Of a stretch of DNA of 64,000 bases, positions 19,399-29,300 are shown piece by piece. Each line of letters opens with the position of its first letter. Within the stretch, counting starts at the first letter, position 1. A program made the position numbers and the translations under genes. The notes under the pieces were generated by a model. It had not been told where the DNA came from, ran no database searches, and saw nothing but the letters and a program-made list of their open reading frames with translations. The stretch is taken from the NCBI GenBank assembly GCA_022567305.1, contig JADFHF010000015.1:1-64000 (forward strand), written 5' to 3'. The DNA is from Bacteroidota bacterium (GTDB lineage: Bacteria; Bacteroidota; Rhodothermia; Rhodothermales; UBA10348).

Positions 19399-21660
19399 TC
19401 ACTGGATAAAGGTGTGCGTGTATTTGAGTAGAACCGTTCGACTTTCGATGACCGGAAGCGCCAATTCTTCTCGCATGCGATCCGTGTTCATATTCTGGTT
19501 GAATACCAGCCAGAAGTCGTTTCCTTCTCTGATGTTGTAGCGAAATCGAACGATTCCGTTCACGAGTTTCTCAGCCGTATTGTATTGTACGAACGAGTTG
19601 ATCGAGACTCGTGTTGTGAATCCGATCTGCGTCTTGAGCCCCACGAGATGGACGTCCACCGATTGATTGCGGTCCGTAAACCGCAGCCGGCTGTATCGAT
19701 ATGGAACCGTAAACTCGAGGTGTTTCGACGGTGACCAGACGGGGCTGATCATGACATTAAATTGCGATCCATCATAGAACGATCCATAACTGATTTCATT
19801 ACCCTGCCGCTCCGTCCGAATGGGTCCAATCCCCCCTTCAGGAAGCGAAAATGACACGGCCGCGGTCACAAACGAATATCGACCCACGGGGACATCCACG
19901 TTTCCTGGAAATGACAATTCCTCGTTCAGATCCTCGACTCTGAATCGCACTCGAGGAGTGATCTCCCCACCTGACTTCGTATTTAGTTTCCAGGAATGAC
20001 TGGCTGACAACGATTCAAGGCTTCCATCCATATTCCGGAAAAAGGATCGGACATCAACAACGGGGCGGATTTCTCGGAGCGTTGAGGACTCGCTGGCAAA
20101 CCAACCGTAACGGAGCTCACCGACTCCGCTCGTATAACCTCGACGCTGGACGAAACCGATCCCCGGATTGTAATCCTGTCCCGAATAGCTGAGCATGGAT
20201 ATGAAACCAAAGCCCAGGTTGCCTCGACGCTCCAATCTCACTTGTGCAAAGGCCGACTCGGCAAAATCAAATTTCGAAGAGGCGAACGGATTGTCCTCAA
20301 ACGTCTGAATCCACTTCGTCGAGAGATACTCCCTCTCTGATACCTTGAACGCTCCATCCAGACCATAAACGAGGTTGTACGATCCGTCATCTCCAACCCG
20401 ACTCGTAACGATGGTCCCGGCATAGGACTGTTCGTTAAAAACCTGTTTGCGGAGTCGCAATACGCCGAAGTTTTCGGCAGGAGAACTTGGACTTGATTCG
20501 GTCTGCATATTCAAAAGACCGATATCCCATCCTCCTATTCTTCCAACAAGCCGCGCGCCTCCGAGAATTCGGACGACTCCATCGTCACTCAGGCCAATCC
20601 GACGGCTGTAGAATACACGATCGAACAGATCCGTCGAGAAGCTGAATATGCCTGACCGCTCCTGAAAGAATTGTCTTTTTTCAGGAAAGAACAAAGAGAA
20701 TCGTGTCAGATTTACCTGCTGATTGTCGGCTTCGACCTGAGCAAAATCTGTGTTTATCGTGGCGTCGAATGTAAGATTGTTCGCCATTGGGAATTTGAAA
20801 TCGAGCCCGACATTCCGTTGATAATTGTCGACTCGTTCGTAAGAACTCTCCTGATCATTTAGCTCCGATACCTGTCCGACCCCGCCCGTTAAGTACGGCG
20901 TAAAATACATGGGTTTTGAACTTTCGACGTTCTCCAAAATCACCGTCCGAGCCTGTGAGGGCTTCGCGAATCCGAGTCCCCAGTCTGGTGGAATCGCCGG
21001 AAAAATATGTCTCTCGCTGTTGCGGACTATAAATCGGTACGCAATGAGTCCCATTTCGACGCGTCCGTCGACCACTTGAAATCCGAGGCTGGAGTAAGGG
21101 ATGCGCATTTCTGTAAACCAGCCCTTCCCGTTTTGGATGGCCGCGACCTCCCAATACGTGTTCCAACTATCGTTCATCACCGATTCAAAACCACCGCCTG
21201 TAAACTCGGCATCGTTCGCAACCGATCTGTCGATACGGATACCAGCCGGTGTGGTCGAAAACCAGAGTGCGTTCTCGTTGTCATTGAACGTATCCAGCAC
21301 GATGCCAAACACATCGTCGCCACTATACCGATCGCGGTAAAGTGAATTGGTCCTTATTTCTTCGGGTTCACTGTCAAAAAATTGACCGGATACGTACAGA
21401 AACTGGTCGTCGTATCCTATTCGAATATCAGATTTCTCCGTCATGGGTCCGTTGGGAATCGGCCCGTACTGGATCAGAGGAAGCGGTTCTACTTCAGCCC
21501 ATGCCGCCTCGTTGCTGAGCCCGTCCAGAACGATCGGTCCGTTGAGCCGATGCAGATAATACGGATCCTGACCTGACGCCAATGAAGGCGCAAGGAGACC
21601 AAGAGGGAGTAGAAGAAAGAGGACGCTACCGAGGCGGGATCGTATCAATAGAATGCCCAA
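19399..21660 (-). CDS. Large secreted protein of the CBM9-like / DUF5916 type
   Basis: 753 aa with a signal peptide. The N-terminal LDGxLxExxW pattern resembles CBM9-like. The long C-terminal beta-rich region resembles Bacteroidota DUF5916 proteins. Family assignment is from memory. Confidence 0.45.
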   Translation of the reverse strand: MGILLIRSRLGSVLFLLLPLGLLAPSLASGQDPYYLHRLNGPIVLDGLSNEAAWAEVEPLPLIQYGPIPNGPMTEKSDIRIGYDDQFLYVSGQFFDSEPEEIRTNSLYRDRYSGDDVFGIVLDTFNDNENALWFSTTPAGIRIDRSVANDAEFTGGGFESVMNDSWNTYWEVAAIQNGKGWFTEMRIPYSSLGFQVVDGRVEMGLIAYRFIVRNSERHIFPAIPPDWGLGFAKPSQARTVILENVESSKPMYFTPYLTGGVGQVSELNDQESSYERVDNYQRNVGLDFKFPMANNLTFDATINTDFAQVEADNQQVNLTRFSLFFPEKRQFFQERSGIFSFSTDLFDRVFYSRRIGLSDDGVVRILGGARLVGRIGGWDIGLLNMQTESSPSSPAENFGVLRLRKQVFNEQSYAGTIVTSRVGDDGSYNLVYGLDGAFKVSEREYLSTKWIQTFEDNPFASSKFDFAESAFAQVRLERRGNLGFGFISMLSYSGQDYNPGIGFVQRRGYTSGVGELRYGWFASESSTLREIRPVVDVRSFFRNMDGSLESLSASHSWKLNTKSGGEITPRVRFRVEDLNEELSFPGNVDVPVGRYSFVTAAVSFSLPEGGIGPIRTERQGNEISYGSFYDGSQFNVMISPVWSPSKHLEFTVPYRYSRLRFTDRNQSVDVHLVGLKTQIGFTTRVSINSFVQYNTAEKLVNGIVRFRYNIREGNDFWLVFNQNMNTDRMREELALPVIESRTVLLKYTHTFIQ

Positions 21661-21665
21661 GCGAA

Positions 21666-22841
21666 TCAGTATTTCGTAATGGATGCGTCGACGGTATCCG
21701 ACCAGGCGAGCAGACCACCCTTCAGATTTCTGACCTTTGAGAACCCACTCTTCTTCATGAAGGCAACGGCAGATCCAGAGCGTGCGCCAGAACGACAGAC
21801 GACAACGATTTCCTGTTCACGAAAGTCATCCAATTCATGGAGGCGCTCTTGCAGCTCCGGCAATGGAATCAGTGTCCCGCCGATGTTGGTCATTTGATAT
21901 TCAACCGGTGTACGGACGTCAAGCAAGAGCAGATCGTCTGCGGCATCGAGTTTTGCTTTCAACTCCAGCGCGCTGAGCTCTGGAATTCCGGGTGAGTTCA
22001 TCTGGCCAGCTGTCAAAGTTTCGGTTGCATCTTCCGTCGAATGATGAGATCCATTGCAGAATTCCTCATAGTCGATGAGATTTGAAATGGTTGGCGATGT
22101 ACCGCAAACCGGGCATTCAGGGTCCCGATGAATCTTCAGTGTTCTGAAATGCATATCGAGAGCATTGAAAAGCAGCAGTCGACCGACCAGTGGATCGCCT
22201 ATCCTGCAGATCATCTTGATGACCTCGGTCGCCTGGATCGAACCTAAAATACCTGGTAGTACGCCCAAAACGCCCCCTTCTGCGCACGACGGAACCATGC
22301 CTGGTGGCGGTGGCTCCGGATAAACGCAGCGATAACAGGGTCCATCCGGCGTACCAAAGACGGATACTTGACCATCGAATCGAAAAATCGAAGCGTAGAT
22401 GTTGACCTTCTTCGCCAGTACGCAGGCATCATTGACCAGATATCGCGTCGGGAAATTATCGGTACCGTCGGCTACGAGATCGTATTGAGGGACAATGTCG
22501 AGCGCGTTTTCGCTGGAAAGATGCGTGTCGTATCGCTCTACCGATATGTAGTCGTTGAGGTCATGAAGTCGACGTACCACAGCGTCCAATTTCTTCTCAC
22601 CAACATCGCCTTTTCCGTACAGGACCTGTCGCTGTAGATTCGATTCGTCGACCGTGTCAAAATCGACCACTCCGATGCGTCCCACCCCTGCGGCCGCCAG
22701 ATACATCATGAGCGGCGAACCCAGGCCTCCGGCACCCACGACGAGGACAGACGCAGCTTTAAGGCGCTCCTGCCCTTCCATTCCTATTTCCGGCAACAGG
22801 AGATGGCGACTGTATCGGGAAATTTCAGCGCTCGTGAGCAT
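21666..22841 (-). CDS. moeB: Molybdopterin-synthase adenylyltransferase/sulfurtransferase (ThiF/MoeB domain + C-terminal rhodanese)
   Basis: 391 aa with the LVVGAGGLGSP Rossmann motif, a CxxC pair (CYRC...CPVC) and a C-terminal rhodanese with active-site CRSGARS. Confidence 0.8.
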   Translation of the reverse strand: MLTSAEISRYSRHLLLPEIGMEGQERLKAASVLVVGAGGLGSPLMMYLAAAGVGRIGVVDFDTVDESNLQRQVLYGKGDVGEKKLDAVVRRLHDLNDYISVERYDTHLSSENALDIVPQYDLVADGTDNFPTRYLVNDACVLAKKVNIYASIFRFDGQVSVFGTPDGPCYRCVYPEPPPPGMVPSCAEGGVLGVLPGILGSIQATEVIKMICRIGDPLVGRLLLFNALDMHFRTLKIHRDPECPVCGTSPTISNLIDYEEFCNGSHHSTEDATETLTAGQMNSPGIPELSALELKAKLDAADDLLLLDVRTPVEYQMTNIGGTLIPLPELQERLHELDDFREQEIVVVCRSGARSGSAVAFMKKSGFSKVRNLKGGLLAWSDTVDASITKY

Positions 22842-23076
22842 TTCTCAGAGATTTGATCCGCTTTGGTTTTCCGGCCTCATATACGGTCGAGGTAGAGGAA
22901 AGTCCCGCGAGCCGGCGGCAACGTAAGATGTGAATAATCGTTCATGATTCGGGGCCTAGACGTTTAACAGAGACGTCAGATGGCCCAGTTCGGCTATCTT
23001 CTGAATCGGTTGACGATTCACGCAACAGCGATTATCCTGTCTGCGTATCAGTCTGTCTATATCGGAGGACGATGCC

Positions 23077-23724
23077 ATGGATTCGGTTTATTTGATTAGC
23101 CTGATAGTCGGTGGTTTTTTCGTAGTGCTCTCGATTTTCGGCGGATCGGAGCACGAGGCCGACTCCGACGTGGATGCGGATTTCGATACGGACTTTGACG
23201 CAGATACAGACGTCGACTTCGAGGCTGATTTTGATGCGGATTTCGATGTCGACGCAGATGTGAATCACGACTTTCACATCGGTGGATCAGACCTTGATGC
23301 CTCCACGGATGTTGGCTTTGTCGATCTTTTTTCGCTCAGGGCGCTCTTCCTATTTGCGGCTTTTTTTGGCCTCACAGGATCGCTCTTCACGTGGTTCGGT
23401 GGCGTTGAGCCCATGACGGCGATCCTTTCGACCGTGACTGGAATGATGGTGGGCCTCGGCGGGAATTACGTAATCAAAAAGTTTGCCTATGAGCACGTTT
23501 CAAGTAACGTGACAATAGAGCATCTTCGAGGCAAAACCGGAAGTGTTTTGCTCCCATTTGGACCAGAGGACAAAGGGAAAATATTGGTCGTAGCCAAGGG
23601 TCAGCGACTTCAATTGACCGCCAGATCATTGTCGGACGAGGCCGACCAATCCTTTGAGCCTGGAGAAGAAATTGTCGTTGTTCGAATTAACGATGGGGTT
23701 GCTGAGGTGATCAAACCGAATTAA
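23077..23724 (+). CDS. NfeD-like membrane protein (short YuaF-type) with an unusual Asp-rich repeat insert
   Basis: 215 aa with N-terminal TM helices and a C-terminal OB-fold segment (GKTGSVLLPFGPEDKGKILVVAKGQRL...EEIVVVRINDGVAEV). An acidic insert reads EADSDVDADFDTDFDADTDVDFEADFDADFDVDADV. Confidence 0.65.
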   Translation: MDSVYLISLIVGGFFVVLSIFGGSEHEADSDVDADFDTDFDADTDVDFEADFDADFDVDADVNHDFHIGGSDLDASTDVGFVDLFSLRALFLFAAFFGLTGSLFTWFGGVEPMTAILSTVTGMMVGLGGNYVIKKFAYEHVSSNVTIEHLRGKTGSVLLPFGPEDKGKILVVAKGQRLQLTARSLSDEADQSFEPGEEIVVVRINDGVAEVIKPN

Positions 23725-23855
23725 CGAACCGAAAAGTGATGCCCTCATGAGCAGGGCTGGAATAGAGCAGTCGAATTGATTTTCAACGCTTGAGAAGGTG
23801 CCCTACTAATAAAACCGCCAAACCGGGTTAATCCCCGACCGGTAGGAGGTGAAAG

Positions 23856-25190
23856 ATGGAAATGTTTATTATTCCTGTTGTTCTGATTCTTGGCATTCTA
23901 GCCATTCTCGGAATCGTTCGCGCGAATCTGAAAATCTGTCAACCGAATGAAATCTTGATATTCAGTGGCCGAAAAAGGAAGCTGAGTGATGGCTCACGGG
24001 TTGGATATCGGATTATTCAGGGCGGGCGCGGATTTCGTATCCCGATCATCGAGAAAGTTGATCGGCTGATCTTGAATACGATCCCTATTGACCTGACGGT
24101 TTCGAACGCCTATTCAAAGGGCGGAATTCCGCTGACCGTTCGAGCGATCGCCAACGTAAAAATTGCCTCTTACGAGCCAGCGCTGAATAACGCGGTTGAG
24201 CGACTTCTTGGAAAGCATCTTGACGACCTCGCGATGCTGGCCAAAGAAACGCTCGAGGGAAATCTTCGAGGAGTCGTGGCTTCCTTAACTCCAGAAGAGG
24301 TCAATGAGGACAGACTGAAATTCGCAAAGGAGCTGGTCGAAGAAGCCGACAACGACCTCGGGGCACTTGGGCTGCAGCTCGACACGCTTAAAATTCAAAG
24401 CGTGGAAGATGATCGCGGCTACTTGGATGCTATCGGGCGTCAAAGTACAGCTCACATCATTTCGACTGCCGAGGTCGTAGAAGCCGAGAATCGTGAGCGC
24501 TCCAAACTGGCGGAAGCGGAGGCCGATCAGGCAATCGTGAAAGCCCAAAACGAGGTGCGTATCCTCAGGGCTCAACTTTCTGCCAAGGCCTCTGCCGAAG
24601 AGGCTAAGATTGATGTTGCAGCACAGGTCGCCCAGGCCAAAGCTGAGCAGGAATTGGCCGAGCAGGAAATCCTTCTCGCCGAAAAGAGGCAGCGTGCCGA
24701 AGTCGTTGTAAAAGCGGAGGCGAGTCGGGCGGCCAAGGAAGAGGAAGCCAAAGGAGACGCTGCCCGAATTCTAGAAGATGGTCAGGCGGAGGTTAACATA
24801 CTGGCCAAAAAACTGGAAATCTGGAAAAAAGCCGGATCGGACGCCGAACGTCTTTTCTTGATTCAGATGTTGCCGGATATTCTGAAAGAGATCGTCAAGA
24901 CGGTCGATCATCTTGAAATTGACAAAATTACCGTCGTGGACTCGGGCGGTAGCGGCCAAGGCATCCCGGCTGTATTCAATCAGATAGCAGGGGCGACTCC
25001 CGCGCTACTGGAGAGCCTGAAAACCTCGACAGGAATCGATATAGCCGGACTTTTGAGTCGAGCTTCCGAATCTTCTTTGGCGGCTCCTCAGGCGACAACC
25101 ACTCAACCTCTTGCGGCCATCGAATCCACGCCCGAGATGACCCCTCCAAGTGGAGACGGTGAAGCGGGCGACACCGATTCATCTGAATAA
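23856..25190 (+). CDS. Flotillin / SPFH-domain protein (FloT/YuaG-like)
   Basis: 444 aa with an N-terminal TM, an SPFH domain, then a long Ala/Glu-rich coiled coil (EAEADQAIVKAQNEVRILRAQLSAKASAEEAKIDVAAQVAQAKAEQELAEQ). Confidence 0.8.
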   Translation: MEMFIIPVVLILGILAILGIVRANLKICQPNEILIFSGRKRKLSDGSRVGYRIIQGGRGFRIPIIEKVDRLILNTIPIDLTVSNAYSKGGIPLTVRAIANVKIASYEPALNNAVERLLGKHLDDLAMLAKETLEGNLRGVVASLTPEEVNEDRLKFAKELVEEADNDLGALGLQLDTLKIQSVEDDRGYLDAIGRQSTAHIISTAEVVEAENRERSKLAEAEADQAIVKAQNEVRILRAQLSAKASAEEAKIDVAAQVAQAKAEQELAEQEILLAEKRQRAEVVVKAEASRAAKEEEAKGDAARILEDGQAEVNILAKKLEIWKKAGSDAERLFLIQMLPDILKEIVKTVDHLEIDKITVVDSGGSGQGIPAVFNQIAGATPALLESLKTSTGIDIAGLLSRASESSLAAPQATTTQPLAAIESTPEMTPPSGDGEAGDTDSSE

Positions 25191-25249
25191 TTACCGTCCA
25201 GGGCCCATCCCGATCGTGGATAGCCCCAATGGACGTTTTATGATGATCT

Positions 25250-25894
25250 TTATCGCGGACGCGCCATTCGTACATCCGCGTATGAAACCAACTTTGGTGG
25301 AGACAGAGCGCGCTCAAAGGCCGTGACCCAGTCCGATGCCCGTGAGAGTCTGATCCGTTTGAGCAGAGCCCCGGGTAGCTGCAGAACACCTTTCCACGCC
25401 AGGCGATCAGCGTGTAAGAGCGCTTCAGATCCTGCCGATCGACCGGCCGCCACTCTTCCTTCAGACGTAAACCAGCTCGGATACATCGAGACAATGGAAT
25501 AAGAAATGTCTCCCGCTTCAACGACGACCGATCCTCGCGTCAAATGCGTGATTCGATAAAGTGCATCGAATCGACCGTACACCAACACGAGCGCATCAGC
25601 GTTATCGCTTTCGGTTTCGTAACGACTCGAGAAACGGATTCCGATGCGTCGATTTTTTCGCTCGATGACGATATCTACAGGGTCTTCCCCGTTAGGTGTC
25701 GGAATCCAGACACCTTGAGCAACGATCGTATTCCCTTTACACCAGGACTTAAGTTGGTCGGCTACGGAGTTGGAGGTGTTGCATGATTTCAGGCCTTTGA
25801 CGGGACCATCTTCAGATTCTAATCTCTGGGTAACGGGTGCACGAGTCGTTCGAATGAGCCATTCTACGGTCGGATATGCTGAAGTGCGAACCAT
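25250..25894 (-). CDS. Hypothetical protein
   Basis: 214-aa ORF with no confident family. The PVDIVIERKNRRIGIRF / ALVLVYGRFDALYRI segments are faintly nuclease-fold-like but unconvincing. Confidence 0.35.
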   Translation of the reverse strand: MVRTSAYPTVEWLIRTTRAPVTQRLESEDGPVKGLKSCNTSNSVADQLKSWCKGNTIVAQGVWIPTPNGEDPVDIVIERKNRRIGIRFSSRYETESDNADALVLVYGRFDALYRITHLTRGSVVVEAGDISYSIVSMYPSWFTSEGRVAAGRSAGSEALLHADRLAWKGVLQLPGALLKRIRLSRASDWVTAFERALSPPKLVSYADVRMARPR

Positions 25895-25989
25895 GATAAC
25901 TGGATTTTTGAATTCATGATTTTCTTTGCCAGCAATCTAAAAATGGGGTGTGACATCTAAATGTCATAGGGTAATTCGTACTCTGAACC

Positions 25990-26397
25990 TTATTCTGCCG
26001 CATCCCATGCTTCGCACAACCATTCTTTCATTTCCTGGTCGAGATCCGAAATCGAATGCAGTTTGAATCGGTTTTCGAAAACCGAAGGACTCATCTGGAA
26101 GACCCTCTCCACCCGATCGGCGGACAGTTCACGCAGGAGACGAATGCCAAGTCCGACGTAGGATTTCCTCATCTTGACGGCAACAAACGTGACACGTCGT
26201 TTAACGAGAATCGCCGTCTTCGCCGGTTCCACACGACACTCCCCACAGGAGGTCAGCACCTGTTCGATTTCGTGATACAGGGCAACAAATTCGGGAGATC
26301 TGCCAACGAAGTGATCCGTGAGCTCGTACTTGCCACAGGAATGCCACTGGTTTTCCTTGGCAAACTCCCTCTCGCATGTCGGGCAAGTCCAGGTCAC
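25990..26397 (-). CDS. Small Cys-containing protein, DUF5655-like
   Basis: 135 aa. The N-terminal MTWTCPTCEREFAKENQWHSC resembles the start of DUF5655 family proteins as I recall them. Confidence 0.4.
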   Translation of the reverse strand: MTWTCPTCEREFAKENQWHSCGKYELTDHFVGRSPEFVALYHEIEQVLTSCGECRVEPAKTAILVKRRVTFVAVKMRKSYVGLGIRLLRELSADRVERVFQMSPSVFENRFKLHSISDLDQEMKEWLCEAWDAAE

Positions 26398-29300
26398 TAC
26401 CTCAAGCCGGCTCCCAAATTTGCGGGAGGATCGTTTTGTTTGGTCAACGGTGCCGGACGCACTTCTGGCCAGACTTCAGAAAGATCATCACCACTGTAGA
26501 GCCGACCGTTCTTCATCACGTACCGGATCGTATTCGTATTTCGAATGTCATCCAGCGGATTTTCGTTCATGATAACCAGGTCAGCAAGCTTCCCAGACTC
26601 GATCGAACCCAAATCCTCACCAAGACCGATGGCATCAGCGCCAAATATGGTTGCTGCACGAAGCGCATCGTGGGGTTTCATTCCGCCAGATGCGAGAGAC
26701 CAGAGCTCCCAATGATAGCCGAGACCTTGCAATTGCCCGTGGCTTCCAACACCGATTCGACCCCCTTCCTCGATAATCTCCTTGGCCATCTTCGCATGTT
26801 TCTGGAAGACATGCTCGTCATACATGAACCATCCGGATCCCGCCCCACCTCTTCGGCGGGTTTTCTGATCGATCTCCTCGTGCGGTGTAAAACGTCTGAG
26901 TTTCGGATCGTCATGGGGATTTTCGGTTGCGTAGTAGTACTCTTCGGCGAATGGACCCCCGTAGGAAACAAGTAAAGTCGGCGTGTAGGTGATTCCGCTT
27001 GTTGCCATCAGTTTGACGACATCGGAATAGAGCGGGAAAATCGGTAAGGCATGTTCCTGGCCTGGATACCCGTCGATCATCATCGTCAGATTGTATTTCA
27101 GGTCCAAACCCCCTTCCGTCGTCGGCATCAAACGCTGTTCCCGAGCAGCAATGATGATCCACTGACGTTGTTGTCGGTTACCCGCCATGTACATTTTTAT
27201 GGTCTTCGTGTCGTAATACTCGCTGTATCGTTTCAGAAGATCCCGAGCTGCGTCGAGGTCCTTGATCGGATCCGTTACATACCCACCGAAAACGCCAGGG
27301 CCGGTTGAGTAAACCCGTGGCCCAATCATCATCCCGGCCGTGACTTCGTCTCCGTAGGTGAGCACGTCTGTCGTCGCCGTCTGAGGATCACGAGTTGCCG
27401 TGACTCCATAGGCCATGTTGGCCTGATAGATCCAAGACGAAGGCTTATGAATTCCCCAAGCCGGCCACATATGACTGTGCGTGTCAACGAAGCCCGGAGT
27501 AATCGTCGTTCCCGACACGTCAATCTCGTCGGCACCGGAAGGTGTCATGACGCTACTGGAAGTGCCCACCTCCGTAATTCGATTGTTCGTGATGACGATC
27601 GCGCCGTCTTCGATCACTTCATCGCCATTCATGGTTATGAGCCTGGCCCCGCGGAGAACGACCGTGCCTTGAGGAATATCGCGGGACGCCTCTATAAGGA
27701 CTCGATGTTCGTCTGGCTCGTATGGTTTCGTGCCTTCATCTTCGTCGTCATCTTCTTCGCTTTCGCCGTTTTCGTCTCCGTCCTCGTCTTCTCCGTCGTC
27801 CTCATCCTCGTCGCCTTCATCCCCGTCCTGTTCTTCCTCGTCTTTCTTTTTCTTCTCTTCTTCCTCCTTCTTCTTCGCCTCTTCAGCCTCTTCCTTCGCC
27901 TTCTTTTCGGCGGCGATGATATCGTCTATCCGTTTGCCTTCAGCCAGATCGTAGCGGAAGTGCGCATTACCGATCGACCAATGGACTAATTCGGCGTTTG
28001 AACTCCAGGTCGGAAACTGCCCCCCTATTTTGGTGAGTTTTCGAGCCGGGAAGGACGCCTTCTCTGGATCGGCAACGCTGATTGTTGGTGTGTCGCCTCC
28101 CAACACAGGTACTGTGACCACATAGATCTCATTATTCATCTCAACCAGGGCCTGGTCTCCAACCGGAGCCATGCGTATCAAGCCTGGACGATTTGGTTGC
28201 TTCTGCCCAGGCCGGGTTTGACCCGTCACTTTCAGATGGGCCTTTTCATCGGTTCCGTCCCAACGAATCGACACCAAACCTTTCGAACCCCCGAAGAGGT
28301 AAATACGATTTCTGTCGGCCGTGAAATGAGGTGTGCCTCGTCCTTCGGTCGGTGCAATAAAGTGAGTCTCTCCACCGTCTGCGGACACCCAAACGATGTC
28401 GTCTGCCGTCCCGAATCCTCCTGGACCCGTCATATCTCTGTAGGCGCGAGCCGATCCTCGGATGGCAACAATCCTCTGACCTCCCGGTGACCAGGCCAGT
28501 TGGGTGTAAATCCCCGAAAGTGACGTCAGTTGCTCGGGATTCCCCCTACCGTTGGCTCTGGCTTTCATGATTTGGCCTTCGGACCCATCCCACATCACGT
28601 AGGCAATCCACTGACCATCCGGTGACCAGGCCGGATGCGCATCGACCGCGTCGCTTTGCGTGATACGCTCGGGGTCCCCATCGGGATAGTCCATTACGTA
28701 GAGGTCGTCCAGCGCCGTGAAGGCAAGCTGCGATCCATCGGGCGACGGAACCGCGTCGCGAATCTGGCGCACCGTAAACGTTGGCGTGTCCTCGATCGGA
28801 TAATCGAAATCAACCTCCGGCCCCAGATCGATATCTACGTCGATTTCAAATGGGATTTCAGTCTCTCCGCTGCCGTCAATCGGGATCCGCCAGATCTTCC
28901 CCCCATACGAAGCAATCAGTGCCTCAGAATCAGGAGTGAATGACATCCCGGGCAGGGCATCGCGCGAGGCAACCGATTCCTGATCATCGTGCTGAATCGG
29001 GTAGGCCAACCAGCTTTCATCACCGGTTTCCAGGTTTCGCAGGATCAGACCCGTTTCGGCTTCATAACGCGTTCCGTAAACCAACCATTTGCCATCTGGA
29101 GATAGTGTTGGCCGAATCGCTGATCCATATCTGAACGCGCGCGTAACCTTCTTTCCCGTCTCGCGATCGTACTTGACGATCCAATACTGCGGGAAAACGG
29201 CATTGTACTGCCACGTTCGCGTCCGTTGCGCATACCAAATGTATCGACCGTCAGTACTGAATGCAGGACCGGTTGTGCGAGCGTTCTCGGGTTCCTTGAT

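Noticed and set aside
23032-23277. 81-aa minus-strand ORF
   Set aside because: It is the antisense of the Asp-rich repeat of the NfeD gene and has a repetitive, compositionally biased product.
24976-25521. 181-aa minus-strand ORF
   Set aside because: It overlaps the 3' end of the flotillin gene by more than 200 nt and has Arg/Trp/Cys-rich junk composition.
27722-27989. Several plus-strand ORFs with poly-Ser, poly-Leu and poly-Phe products
   Set aside because: They are antisense to the K/E/D-rich linker of the 1155-aa gene, so they are low-complexity artefacts.
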